A stretch of 64,000 nucleotides of DNA from Octopus sinensis (taxonomy: Eukaryota). The stretch covers positions 10,788,001-10,852,000 of the forward strand of contig NC_043000.1 in NCBI RefSeq assembly GCF_006345805.1, written 5' to 3'. Both the position numbers and the translations under genes were made by a program. Shown here in pieces: positions 33,650 to 45,719 of this stretch. The notes below the pieces were generated by a model. That model did no database searches and was not told where the DNA came from. It saw nothing but the letters and a program-made list of their open reading frames with translations. How positions within the stretch are numbered: position 1 is the stretch's first letter; the number at the start of each line of letters is the position of its first letter.

Positions 33650-33937
33650 GTAAGGTCGTTGCCAGTGCCACTGGACTGGCCCATGCACAGGTGGCACATA
33701 AAAAGCACCATTTGAGCATGGCCGCTGCTAGTACTGCCTGACTGGCTCTCGTGCCAGTGGCACATAAAAGCACTCACTACACTCAGAGTGGTTGGCGTTA
33801 GGAAGGGCATCCAGCTGTAGAAACTCTGCCGGATCAAATTGGAGCCTGGTGCAGCCATCTGGTTCGCCAGACCTCAGTCAAATTGTCCAACCCATGCTAG
33901 CATGGAAAGCGGATGTTAAACGATGATGATGATGATG
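33650..33937 (+). mobile_element. RTE 3' UTR
   Basis: Family core and (GAT)n tail. Confidence 0.85.
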
Positions 33938-33944
33938 AACTGTC

Positions 33945-34200
33945 AAGAACAAAACTACAGACAGTTGTCTCACAAAAGATTTGTGATTCTGAGCCATATA
34001 AAAGACTTGAGATATGATGTCTCACAAAAGACTTGGAGTATAGTGTTTTGTAAAAGGATTCATGATATGACACTATACAGAAGACTTTTAGTAGTGTGTT
34101 GTACCAAAGACTTGAGATATGTTCCTTACAAAAGACTTGTGACATAGTAACAAAGATTATTGATTTGGACTAGAGATACAGTACCATATAAAAGACCATG
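33945..34200. repeat. Degenerate ~27-bp minisatellite
   Basis: Recurrent (C/T)AAAAGACTTG(A/T)GA motif. Confidence 0.6.
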
Positions 34201-34217
34201 ATTGGGTTATAGAAAGT

Positions 34218-34833
34218 TTAACCCTTTCGTTACCAACCTGGCTGAAACCGGCTCTGGCTCTTAGTACACATGTCTTGTTTTCATAAGTTTTGAATTAAAA
34301 TCTTCCATCACAATTTATGTCCCCAACACTAGCTTAATGATAACTAAGTTATTTTACTAAATTCTTTGTTATATTTAAAACTAGCAGTATTGCCCGGCGT
34401 TGCTCGGGTTTGTAAGGGAAATAACTATATAAGCATTTTTAGAGAGTTATAGCCAAAAAATAGCAAAAAAATGCATTAAAAATGGGGGAAAAAATGATGG
34501 TAAATTTTTTTTTTAATCGTTGACTCGTCGTAGACATTTTTAGAGAGTTACTTCCCTTATATAATAGCGAAAAAATGCGTTAAAATGGAAAAAAATGATG
34601 GTAAATTATTTTTAAAATCGTAGACTCATCATAGACGCACGCTAATACCCAGAAGGGCTCGATATGAATCACGACTATAAGATACCCGGTTTTGGTTAAA
34701 CTGCACCGCAAAATGTGGGAGTAGTTAGGAATCTAAATCGAAGGGGACAGACACACAACTTCAGTTTTATATATAAAGATAATTGGAAGGAATACAGAGC
34801 ATCTCAAAATAAATACAGTAACGAAAGGGTTAA
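34218..34833. mobile_element. piggyBac-like MITE family 1 with a Helitron-like element (34381-34779) inserted at A|T
   Basis: TTAACCCTTTCGTTACC...ATATTTAAAA|CTAG...AAAGA|TAATTGG...GTAACGAAAGGGTTAA. Confidence 0.9.
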
Positions 34834-35610
34834 ACATCAGTCACGACCAACCGTACCACAGCCTTCTTGGTCTTATCTTTATCCGATAGACAAACTGTTG
34901 GATAACTTTCTCTGTTTCTGTGCCTCTTGTGCTTTCTGTTGTCTTGTTCTCTTGCTTAAGCTATTAATTTTGTTCTGCTGCTTAAAGTCTGTGCATTGCT
35001 GTTTACGTTTGCATGTGTGTGCATATACTCATATATACGCACCAAATGCAGTGTTCACGCACACGCTTTTGTTTTGTTGCTTACAGTCTATACAATGCTG
35101 TTTACAGTTGCATGTGTGTGCATGTACTCAAGTATACATACCACATGCTATGCTCATACATACACATATAACAACCTCCACAGATGCATGCATACATCCA
35201 CTGCACATATACACATACATATGCACACACACACACTCAATCAAATACAAACATATTTTGACTCTTGTTTTTTTTTTGTGAGTAGATGCCTTTTCTGTGT
35301 TTTTTGTGAGTAGATGCCTTTAGTATGTATGAATTGTTTCTGTTTGTTCATGTTTTACTAATCTGGTATTAACTAATTACAGTATTCTCTCTACTCACAA
35401 AAAAGGCATCTACTCACAAAAAACACAGAAAACACATTCATGCATTTACTTACATGCCTAACCACACACACACACACACACACACATTTGTTTTGTTGTT
35501 TTTAGAGCATTAAAGTTTCGCTCAGTTTTCTAAAATGTTATCTTTATCATGTTTCATGAACTGGAAAGTGTTGTTGTCCACACCCTTGCCATTAGGTCGC
35601 CTAAAAGGAT

Positions 35611-36115
35611 CTACCCACGAACTAATCATATTCTCATCATAACTTCAGAGGCATCTACTCACAAATTAAGTCATATAGCCTGAAGGGTGTCTACCCATGA
35701 TGTGGCCTTGCTTTTACTTTTAAACAGCTGAGTAGTGTTCTGCCTATGATCAACTCTCACTGTTAATTACATAAAGAAGAAGATTTGATGTTAAGATTTA
35801 ATTGAACTACCCATGAACTAATCATACTCTCATCATAGCTCCAGAATCATCTACTCACAAATTAACCACAAATCAAGTCATATAGCCTGAAGGGTGTCTA
35901 CCCATGATGTGGCTCTACTTTCACTTTTAAATAGTTGATTAGAGTTCTGCCTGTGAACTTTAATGTAGGATGAGTGTCTGCCTAAGAATTCACAACATCA
36001 CTGTTAAAGAACTCCAAGAGTGTCTGCTCAGGAGTTCATTGTTAAACTCTACAGGAGATGATCAACCCTGTTAATTACATAAAGAAGAGGATTTGATGTT
36101 AAGATTTAATTGACT
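35611..36115. repeat. Imperfect tandem duplication (~195-bp and ~310-bp units)
   Basis: CTACCCA(C/T)GAACTAATCATA, AGTCATATAGCCTGAAGGGTGTCTACCCATGATGTGG and CTGTTAATTACATAAAGAAGA each occur twice. Confidence 0.85.
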
Positions 36116-36211
36116 AATGTCAAACAACTGTTACAATGATACTAGTACTCCAATGCTCTTCTGCAGTCCCTAAAAAGAATATTAGAGGTCTTTTATATAA
36201 CACATTAGCAT

Positions 36212-36644
36212 TTAACCCTTTAGTGTTCAGATTACTCTGTTAAGTGTAATACTTTTTCACTCGAATTGTTTTGAATTAATCCTGGATCATCTTACAGCTT
36301 TGAGGTTTCAATTATGTGATTACTTATTTTTAGAGTGGCATTGTAGGTTAGGTGTGAGAGGCTAGACATCGCCAGTTTGAATATAAAACATGTAGAATAT
36401 ATTGGGCCGGATTTGGCCAGTTTAAACACTAAAGGGTTAAACCAGCCATATCTGACTTAAATATTCAACTTGAATATGTTAAATCTGGCCAAATCTGACC
36501 TGTCATACCTATCCTACAGTGTAATTTTAAAAATAAGTCAGATCATTGAAATCTCAAAGTTAGAATATAATGCATGATTAATTCAAAACAATGTGAATCA
36601 ATAAGCATTACATTTGACAGAGTAATCTGAATGCTAAAGGGTTA
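36212..36644. mobile_element. Two MITE family 2 copies abutting in inverted orientation
   Basis: The first ends GGGTTAA at 36440. The second follows immediately in reverse orientation and ends GCTAAAGGGTTA. Confidence 0.75.
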
Positions 36645-37016
36645 TACCAATGTTCTTTGATGAGCAATGATTTAGATAGTTCTCTTTCTATATAATAAAC
36701 AACAAATTTCACAGGAACATACTCATGTTCCAACAATTTTTACCAAAATATATTTTAAACCTTTTTATGTTAGATTTTGCTAATCCCTGATAGAGTTAAT
36801 TGCTAATTCTTTGAAGCAGAATTACACAAGGTTAGTTTTATATTCAGATATCATATTCCTGAATTTCGTCTCTAATTCAGTGGATTGTGAAAAAATGCAT
36901 TCACTTTACTTCAACAAGCATCAGTATTGCTTCTGAAAGGAATATTTCTTTAACCATTTAGCCATATCAGACCCAAATATTCAACCTGTTTTATATTTCA
37001 AACTGGAATATAAATA

Positions 37017-37321
37017 GTGGAGGCACATGGCCTAGTGGTTAGAGCAGCGGACTCATGGTTGAGGGATCGTGGGTTCGAATCTCAGACCAGGTGATGTGTG
37101 TGTTTATGAACAAAACACCTAAGTTCCATGTGGCTCTGGCAGAAGGTAATGGCGAACTTCTGCTGACTCTTTCGCCACAACTTCTTCCCACTCTTTCCTC
37201 CTGCATCTTGCAGCTCACCTGCAATGGACCAGCGTCTCATCCAGGTGGGGAAGCTATATGCCAAGGAAACCGGAAAACTGGCCCTTATGAACCAAGCATG
37301 GCTCGAGAAAGAACAAACATG
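37017..37321 (+). mobile_element. SINE-F (tRNA head as in SINE-E, tail as in SINE-D) inserted in a MITE
   Basis: A box TGGCCTAGTGG and B box GGTTCGAATC. TTCAAACTGG is repeated on both sides. Confidence 0.85.
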
Positions 37322-37863
37322 TTCAAACTGGCCAGATCCTGCCTCTATACCTACCCTACAATTCATTCTAAAAAATAAACAATCACATCATTGAAATTTC
37401 AAAGCTACAAATATGTTATATTCAATTTTGAAAATACAAGATGATATGTTCAAAACAATGTGAATAAATTATTCTTACATTTAACTGAAAGATTTTATAT
37501 AATTACACTGTTAATTGTATGTTAATTGTATCTTGGTCTTCCAAGCCTTTTCTTTCAAAATTGTCAAATATTTACCTGCTGTTAGAGTAACTGGTATTAT
37601 TGTAGTAAGACAAGAATAAACATCGAAGTTCTTCTTTTATAAACACCAAATACTCTTGTGCCTTTAGAAGCTCCTTTACCCCTGTGCCTTTATCTGTACA
37701 CATACTCCTTTATTTATTCTGCAGACACCAACACTCCTCTATTCTTATAGACATCAATATTTTTACATTAACTGTTAACAGAAAACACCTTTATCTCTAT
37801 AGACTGACAATTATACTTTCATGTCTCTGCTGTACTCCTCTAGCCATAGATACTTGTATTCCT

Positions 37864-38410
37864 GTATTCACTGGTACTTGGTACATTTGAGTTTCCACTG
37901 GTACCTGTACTCCTGTCTCCACAAACATCTTTATGCTTGTTTTCATAGGCATCTGTACTTCAGTATTTTCTGGTACCATTTCCACTGTACTTGTGTATCT
38001 CCATTGACACCTGGACTGTCTTTGATATGTCTTCTTGTATCTCTTCAAAGACACGTCTCCACCTATATTTGTCCTTTTGTCACCAGCCTCTTATGCCCTG
38101 TTGATACTTCTACACATCTATCTCCACGGTCACTAGTATTCACTGGTACTTGGTACATTTGAGTTTCCACTGGTACCTGTACTCCTGTCTCCACAAACAT
38201 CTTTATGCTTGTTTTCATAGGCATCTGTACTTCAGTATTTTCTGGTACCATTTCCACTGTACTTGTGTATCTCCATTGACACCTGGACTGTCTTTGATAT
38301 ATCTTCTTGTATCTCTTCAAAGACACGTCTCCACCTATATTTGTCCTTTTGTCACCAGCCTCTTATGCCCTGTTGATACTTTTACACATCTATCTCCACG
38401 GTCACTAGTA
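37864..38410. repeat. 272-bp near-perfect tandem duplication
   Basis: GTATTCACTGGTACTTGG at 37864 and 38136. The units differ at only a few positions. Confidence 0.95.
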
Positions 38411-38929
38411 CTTTCTTTTCTCTATAAAGCAACTGCACTCCGTTCTTTAAAATACTGCCTTCCACTTCTATTTGATGGCAAAAGATGAAGTGTTGTTGAA
38501 AGAGGACCACCAAACCATCCTCAAGCCATTCCCATAAACCCATTATCATTTTTCTTTTATTGGAACAAGGATTGTGAAATAGCTGAGAATATCAGTCTTA
38601 GTAGTCCATAAAAGTCATATCACAAGAATTCTACCTCCCAACAACACATTCCATTTTCAAATGTTCCAGTTGTCTTCAAAGAATTTTTCTTACAAAATTG
38701 AAATAAAATTATTTTTAAACTCAAAATGAATAAAATTGTAAAATTTTCCCTTCATATTTTGTTTTTAACAAAAAAAAAAAAAACTTATTGTATTTGCTTT
38801 TTATATTGTTTTCTGTTGTTTTTAATTTTTGATGTACAGCTCCAGGTCAACTATGACTATCCTGTCATTTTTCGGGCATAGTATATTATCCAATGAGTTT
38901 TTTTTCTTATAACACTTAAAACTTGCTAA

Positions 38930-39455
38930 TCACTTGTGTGGTTAAGAAGTTTGTAGTTTCAGCCCTGCTGCATGCCACTATTCTGAGGGCCTTGTTAGAT
39001 GGAAACTAAAAGAAAAACCCATTATATTCATGTGTGTCCTTGTCTTGACATCATGTCATTGTTATAAATGAATGTCATCCATTTCCAATTATCTGTAGAA
39101 ACATGTTTGGGCATGATGAAATATTACCTTGCTTGAAGACAGGTAAGGGCTGGTTACAGGAAAGGCATCCAGTTGTAGAAAATTTACCTCAGTAAACTTC
39201 ATCCAATCTATGCAAACAGGAAAATGGACTTTAGCCCTTTCGTTTCTGTATTTTGAGATGCTCTGTGTTTCTTTAAATTACTTTAAATATAACAAAGAAT
39301 TTAGTAAAATAACTTAGTTATCATTAAGCTAGTGTTAGGAACATAAATTGTGACTAAGATTTGGTGGAAAATTTTAATTCCAAATTTATGAAAACAAGAC
39401 ATTTGTACTACAGAGCTAGAGCTGGTTTCAGCTGGGTTGGTAATGAAAGGGTTAA
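38930..39455. mobile_element. SINE-H (38930-39230) followed by MITE family 1 (39231-39455)
   Basis: Family signatures. The MITE ends GTAATGAAAGGGTTAA. Confidence 0.7.
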
Positions 39456-39809
39456 AAAAAGATGATTATGGTTATGATGACTAGATTGGTTTGAGTTGTA
39501 TTTGGCTGCTTGCTGCTGTTGCTATAATCTGTCTGGCTACAATTTACACATCCATAGCCCCATGGATTTGTAAATCCATGTGAAGTCAAATTTTAACCAA
39601 TTAGCTTCTGTGATTAGTTTGCTTGATCAGAACCGACTGAGGTTACACAGCAATAGATCCACAGCTATCGGTGGCTGGTTGTTGATATTGTTTAACCTAG
39701 TGGTGCATTGACGTACAGCTGCCCAGCTTCTTTCTAAGCAAACTAAAATGATAAAAATTATTGAAATCCAGGGGCTTGAAGCTGTTAAAGATAAATGACA
39801 GACTACTTC

Positions 39810-41090
39810 AGGATAAGCTGGCAGAATTATTGGTGCATTGCGCGAAATGTTTAGTGGCATTTCATCCGGCATTTATGTTCTGAGTTCAAATTCTGCTGAG
39901 GTTGACTTTCATTCTAATGGGATTGATAAAATAAGCACACCTTGAGCACTGTTCAATGCAATTGACTTCCCCCTCTCCTTCAAAAGTGCTCACTTTGTGC
40001 CTTTTTCTCAAAGAAATATTGTTATTTACTTAAGGCAGTGAAATGGCAGAAACGTTAGCATGCTGGGCGAAATGCTTAGCGGTATTTCGTCTGTCTTTAC
40101 GTTCTGAGTTTAAATTCCGCCGAGGTCAACTTTGCCTTTCATCATTTCGGGGTCAATAAATTAAGTACCAGTTATGCACTGGGGTTGATATAATTGACTT
40201 AATTCCTTTGTCATTGTTTGTCTCCTCTGTGTCTAGCCCTTTGTGGGCAATAAAGAAATAAGAAACGTTAGCATGCTGGGCGTTCGTCTGTCTATACGTT
40301 CTGAGTTCAAATTCTGCCGAGGTTGACTTTGCCTTTCATCCTTTCGGGGTCAATAAATTAAGTACCAGTTATGCACTGGGGTCGATATAATCAACTTAAT
40401 CCGTTTGTCTGTCCTTGTTTGTCTCCTCTGTGTTTAGCCCCTTGTGGGCAATAAAGAAATAAGGAATATTATTTATTCACTTAATTAGAAGGTGGTGAGC
40501 TGGCAGACTCATTTGCACACCAGGAAAAATGATTAATAACATTTTGTCTGTCTTTACATTCTGAGTTCAAATTCTGCTTAGGTTGACTTTGCCTTTCATC
40601 TTTTCGGAGTCGATAAGTTAAGTACACTAGGGTTGATGTAATCGACTTACTCCTTCTCACGAAATTGCTGGCCTTGTGCGAAATTTGAATTCAATATTCG
40701 ATTTCTTTAAGGCAGCAAGCTGGTAGAATCGTTAGTACACCAGGCAAAAGACTTAGCAGCATTTCGTCTGTTTTTACATTCTGAGTTCAAATTCCACTGA
40801 GGTCAGCTTTGCTTTTCATCCTTTCAGGGTTGATAAAATAAGTACTAGTTGAACGCTAGGGTCGATGTCATTGGTTTACCTCCAACCCTCGAAATTACTG
40901 GCCTTGTGCCAAAATTTGAACCATTATTATTCACGTAAGCATTGGAATCAGGGTAATTGATTTGCTTCCTCCCTTAAAATTGCTGGCACTGTGCCAGAAT
41001 TTGTAATTATTATTATTAGGTGATGGCTTTAGTGTATTAGACAAAATGCTAAATGGTATTTCTTCTAGCACTTTATGTTGAAATCCATCC
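39810..41090 (+). mobile_element. Cluster of ~6-7 same-orientation SINE-B copies, including a dimer at 40035-40465
   Basis: Repeated CTGAGTTCAAATTC and GACTTTGCCTTTCATC cores. Confidence 0.85.
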
Positions 41091-41094
41091 AAGC

Positions 41095-42050
41095 TCTCTT
41101 TTACTTGTTTCAGTCATGTGACTGTGGCCATGCTGGAGCACCGCCTTTAGTCGAGCAAATTGAACCCAGGACTCATTCTTTGTAAGCCTACTACTTATTC
41201 TATCGGTCATTTTTGCTGACTCCAGGACTCATTCGTTGTAAGCCTAGTACTTATTCTATCGGTCATTTTTGCTGAACCGCTAAGTTACAGGGACGTAAAC
41301 ACACCAGCATCAGTTATCAAGTGATGTTGAGACAAACACACACACACATATATATATACATATACACGACGGGCTTCTTTCAGTTTCTGTCTACCAAATC
41401 CACTCACAAGGCTTTGGTCGGCCCGAGGCTATAGTAAAAGACACTTACCCAAGGTGCCATGCAGTGGGACTGAACCCAGAAGCATGTGGTTGGTAAGCAA
41501 GCTACTTACAGTCACACAGTCACTCCTGCACCAACTTTTCTTTCATCTTTTTAATGTTGATAAAATAGTGCCTGTCAAGTGCTGGAGCTTGATGTAGTTG
41601 ACTAAGCCCTGCCCTTTAACATGCAGGTTTTGTGCCAAAATTTGAAACCATTATTAAAGAAATGTAAAAGGCGCAGGAGTGGCTGTGTGGTAAGTAGCTT
41701 GTTTATCAACCACATGGTTCCAGGTTCAGGCCCACTGCATGGCATCTTGGGCAAGTGTCTTCAGCTATAGCCTCGGGCCGACCAATGCCTTGTGAGTGGA
41801 TTTGGTAGACGAAATCTGAAAGAAGCCCGTCGTATATATGTATGTGTGGGTGTGTGTGTTTGTCCCTAGCATTGCTTGACAACCAATGCTGGCGTGTTTA
41901 CGTCCCCGTCACTTAGCGGTTCGGCAAAGGAGACCGATAGAATAAGTACTGGGCTTACAAAGAATAAGTCCTGGGGTCGATTTGCTCGACTAAAGGCGGT
42001 GCTCCAGCATGGCCGCAGTCAAATGACTGAAACAAGTAAAAGAGTAAAGA
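41095..42050. mobile_element. Inverted pair of SINE-A copies (minus 41095-41530, plus 41670-42050)
   Basis: Both match the family. The minus copy has an internal ~60-bp duplication. Confidence 0.88.
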
Positions 42051-43609
42051 GTAGTTGATAGGCAAACTTGATAAAGTACCAGACAAGAATACCTTGTGGA
42101 TTGAGTTACCTCCCTTTATGTTCTGAGTTCAAATCTTTTTGGAGTTGAAAAATTGGTATCATTCAAGCAGTCAGATCAATTTGATCAGCTATACTGTATC
42201 ATCGTTTTTTATCCATTTTTCATGCTGGCATGGGTTGGGTGGTTTAGTAGGATCCGGTGTAGGGTTGTGCTTAGCTCCAATGTTAGCTTTGATGTGGTTT
42301 GTATGGCTTGATGCCCTTCCTGATACCAACTGCCTTACAGTGTGTACTAGTTTCTTTTTTTTGTACTACCAGCACTCATGAGGTTGCCAAGTAAATTGCA
42401 AGATGTAATGGAATGGAAAAGGGGGGAAAACGTCCCCTTGATTAGATGGTGGTGGTGGTGGTGGGGGGGTGACATTAGGGAGTGAGAGGTGGCCTTATAC
42501 CAGATGGTGAGAAGCTGAAGTGTAATAGAAGAATCACAAGTGTCTTGCTGTAGAAGAGATACATAGTTACTCCATATTATATAAGGGTAAGTACCTCCCC
42601 TGAAAATTTGTGGGTGTTGTATCAATGTTAAAGAAATGCAAATTCTTGTAATGTCCAAGAGAAATAGAATGCAATCATAGATGTTTAAATCTATAATTCT
42701 ATTCTTTGATGTTGAAATGGAGGATGCTCTATTTGATACGGTCAATGTTTTGAATAAGTCTTATCTCTGACAAATGAATCCAATATATCTTCATTTATTG
42801 TGGTTTCAAGTTTAGTCCTACTGCATCACAACTTGGGCAAGAGTCTTCCACTATACTCCCAGGCTGATTGATGACTTGTGAGTGAATTTGACAGACAAAC
42901 TGTAAGGAAGGCCTTCACATGCACTCACTGCGTGTGTGTGTGTATATATATACATATATGTACATACCTACATATATATGTAGGTATGTATGTATATATG
43001 CACATATTTATATATATATATATATATATGCATATATACATATATGTACATACCTACATATATATGTAGGTATGTATATATGCATATATTTATATATTAT
43101 TTATATTATATGATTGAACGCCACGCATCCTTTTCCAAGTATGTATATATATATATATAGACACATATACATGTACACTCACATATATACACACATATAT
43201 GTATATATACATTCATATGTGTGTATGTCTTTGGGTTTGTTTACATCCCTATCATTTAGCAGTTCAGCAAAAGAGACTGAGAGAATAAGTACCCGGTTTG
43301 ATTTGTTTGACTAAACCCTTCAAGGTGGTGCCCCAGCATGGCCACAGTCCAGTAACCGAAATAAAACATTAAGAGAATAATTTAAGTGCCGCACACACAC
43401 ACACAGATTGTAAGTTACAAGTGGTCATTGTTATCTGTGGAAAGAAATGCCAGTCACCCTCTACTTGAATGTTCTTAATGGCATAAAGATAAACAACTGT
43501 TCTTGCCATTGCAGCTGTATCCTTAGTTCTGGTGAAGTGAGATTTTAACCAATTACCTTCTGTGATAAGTTTGCTTGATCAGAACTGAATGAGGTTACAC
43601 AGCAATAAG

Positions 43610-44169
43610 AAACGTTAGCAGGCCGGGGGAAATGCGTAGCCGTATATTTTGTCTGCTGTTACGTTCTGAGTTCAAATTCCGCCGAGGTCGACTTTGCCTT
43701 TCATCCTTTCAGGGTCGATTAAATAAGTACCAGTTGCACACTGGGGTTGATATAATCGACTCAATCCATTTGTCTGTCTTTGTTTGTCCTCTCTGTGTTT
43801 AGCCCCTTGTGGGCAATAAAGAAATAGGTATTTCGTCTGCCGCTACGATCTGAGTTCAAATTCCGCCAAGGCTGACTTTACCTTTCATCCTTTCAGGGTC
43901 GATTAAATAAGTACCAGCTACGCACTGGGGTTGATATAATCGACTTAATCCTTGTTTGTCCTCTCTGTGTTTAGCCCCTTGTGGGCAGTAAAGAAATAGG
44001 TATTTCGTCTGCCGCTACGTTCTGAGTTCAAATTCCGCCGAGGTCGACTTTGCCTTTCATCCTTTCGGGGTCAATTAAATAAGTACCATTTACACACTGG
44101 GGTCAATATAATCGACTTAATCCATTTGTCCTCTCTGTGTTTAGCCCCTTGTGGGTAGTAAAGAAATAG
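43610..44169 (+). mobile_element. SINE-B head-to-tail trimer within one 15-bp TSD
   Basis: GGTTACACAGCAATA on both sides. Units are joined at AAAGAAATA|GGTATTTCGTCTGCC. Confidence 0.92.
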
Positions 44170-45303
44170 GTTACACAGCAATAGATCCACAGCTATAGGT
44201 GGCTGGTTGTTGATATTGTTTAACCTAGTGGTGCATTGACGTACAGCTGTCCAACTTCTTCCTAAGCAAGCTAAAACCAGACTGAAAATTATTGAAAGTG
44301 GGGATCTAAGATTACTTAGTGTCGAGAAGCTGATATCCCTGTACAAAGTATATCCACTTTAATAAAAATACAAAAGCAATATAGTTTCAGGTGTGATATG
44401 AACTTACTTTTTCATATTGTAAAAGCAACAAAATAATGGGGTAAGTAGGTTAAGTTTTATTTGGAAATAAAGTTGTTTTGAATTTGCAGTGGAAAGAGAT
44501 TTGTGTTTATGGTGATTTGGTGTGAGGGAGTGGGGAGGTACTAGGAATGGGGCCTGGGAGACAAGGGGGCAGAAGTCTGAAAAAGTTTGGGAACCACTGG
44601 TTTTAACTTTTACATTAACCTGTTTGTTAAACAATATACATTGACCACATGGTTCATTTAATTTTGAAAATAATCGAGAATTTTTAATCTCGTCCTAAAA
44701 CAGCATCCACCCGGGGTGGGTTGAGCTGGCTACATTCATCCTCAGTGCTGCATCTCTCACAAACGCCAACCAGGCCTGCCAATTTGAGGCTAATGACCGT
44801 GTAATCTCCAACCACTCCTTATTCCAGCGGTGAATGCCGTAGACATGGGGGCCTAGGTTGGGTTCCAGATCAGCCTTGACTGTCATCAGCCAGGTTTTTT
44901 GTTGTCCACCACATTGTTTTTGCCAACCCTGAAGGGGAGCTGGGGCAATTTTTAATGATTTGGTAAAAATCATTATCTTTTCAGTATTAAGCCAGGGAAA
45001 ACAGTGAGCTAGCAGAAATGTTACCATGCTGGACAAAATGGTCAGCAGAATTTCTTCTCGTTTTCTGTTTGAATTCAAATGCTACTGAGGTCGACTTTGC
45101 CTTTCATTCTTTCTGGGTCATTACAATAGGTACCAGTTGAACACTGGGATCATCGTAATCAACTAAGCCCTTCTCCCTAAAATTGTTGGCTTTATGCCAC
45201 AATTTGAAACCATTATGAAGCCAGAACATAAAGAGCTGGAAGAAATACTGTTAAGCCTTTTGTCTGATGCACTAAACGTAGCAAGAGTTTCTGATGGACG
45301 GTT

Positions 45304-45554
45304 TTAACCCTTTCAGTACCAACCTGGCTGAAACCGGCTCTGGCTCTGAGTACAAACATCTTGTTTTCATAAGTTTTGAATTAAAAATTTTCCACCAAAC
45401 CTTAGTCACAATTTATGTTCCTAACACTAGCTTAATGATACTCTTTTACTTGTTTCAGTCATTTGACTGTGATTTTACTAAATTCTTTGTTATATTTAAA
45501 GTATTTGAAAGAAGCACAGAGCATCTCAAAATAACACAGTAACAAAACGGTTAA
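45304..45554. mobile_element. MITE family 1 carrying a 31-bp SINE-A tail patch
   Basis: TTAACCCTTTCAGTACC...AACGGTTAA, with the insert at 45441-45471. Confidence 0.85.
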
Positions 45555-45719
45555 ATAAGATTTGAGCACAAGCAATCACTGAAGATTTGGTATCTAAAGA
45601 GTTAATCCCAGATCAGTTCTGATTGAGCAGAACTAAGCTGAGATTGGAAGTTCCTGTGGGTCAATCTACTGATGGTCGCAGATCAAATCTGTGGCTGGTA
45701 CAAAGTCTCAGGTAGGCTG

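Noticed and set aside
34715-35281. 188-aa ORF
   Set aside because: It runs through Helitron and MITE ends and CA/TG low-complexity sequence, with no splice or codon signal.
37017-37100. tRNA gene (also 46635-46710, 62720-62798 and 17440-17519)
   Set aside because: A and B boxes are present but no complete cloverleaf; each continues into a SINE body.
42347-42745. 132-aa minus-strand ORF
   Set aside because: No recognisable motif or splice support; part of it is a (CAC)n repeat.
44500-44599. Complete hAT MITE
   Set aside because: Only a right end (AAGTTTGGGAACCACTG) is visible; there is no matching left TIR or TSD.
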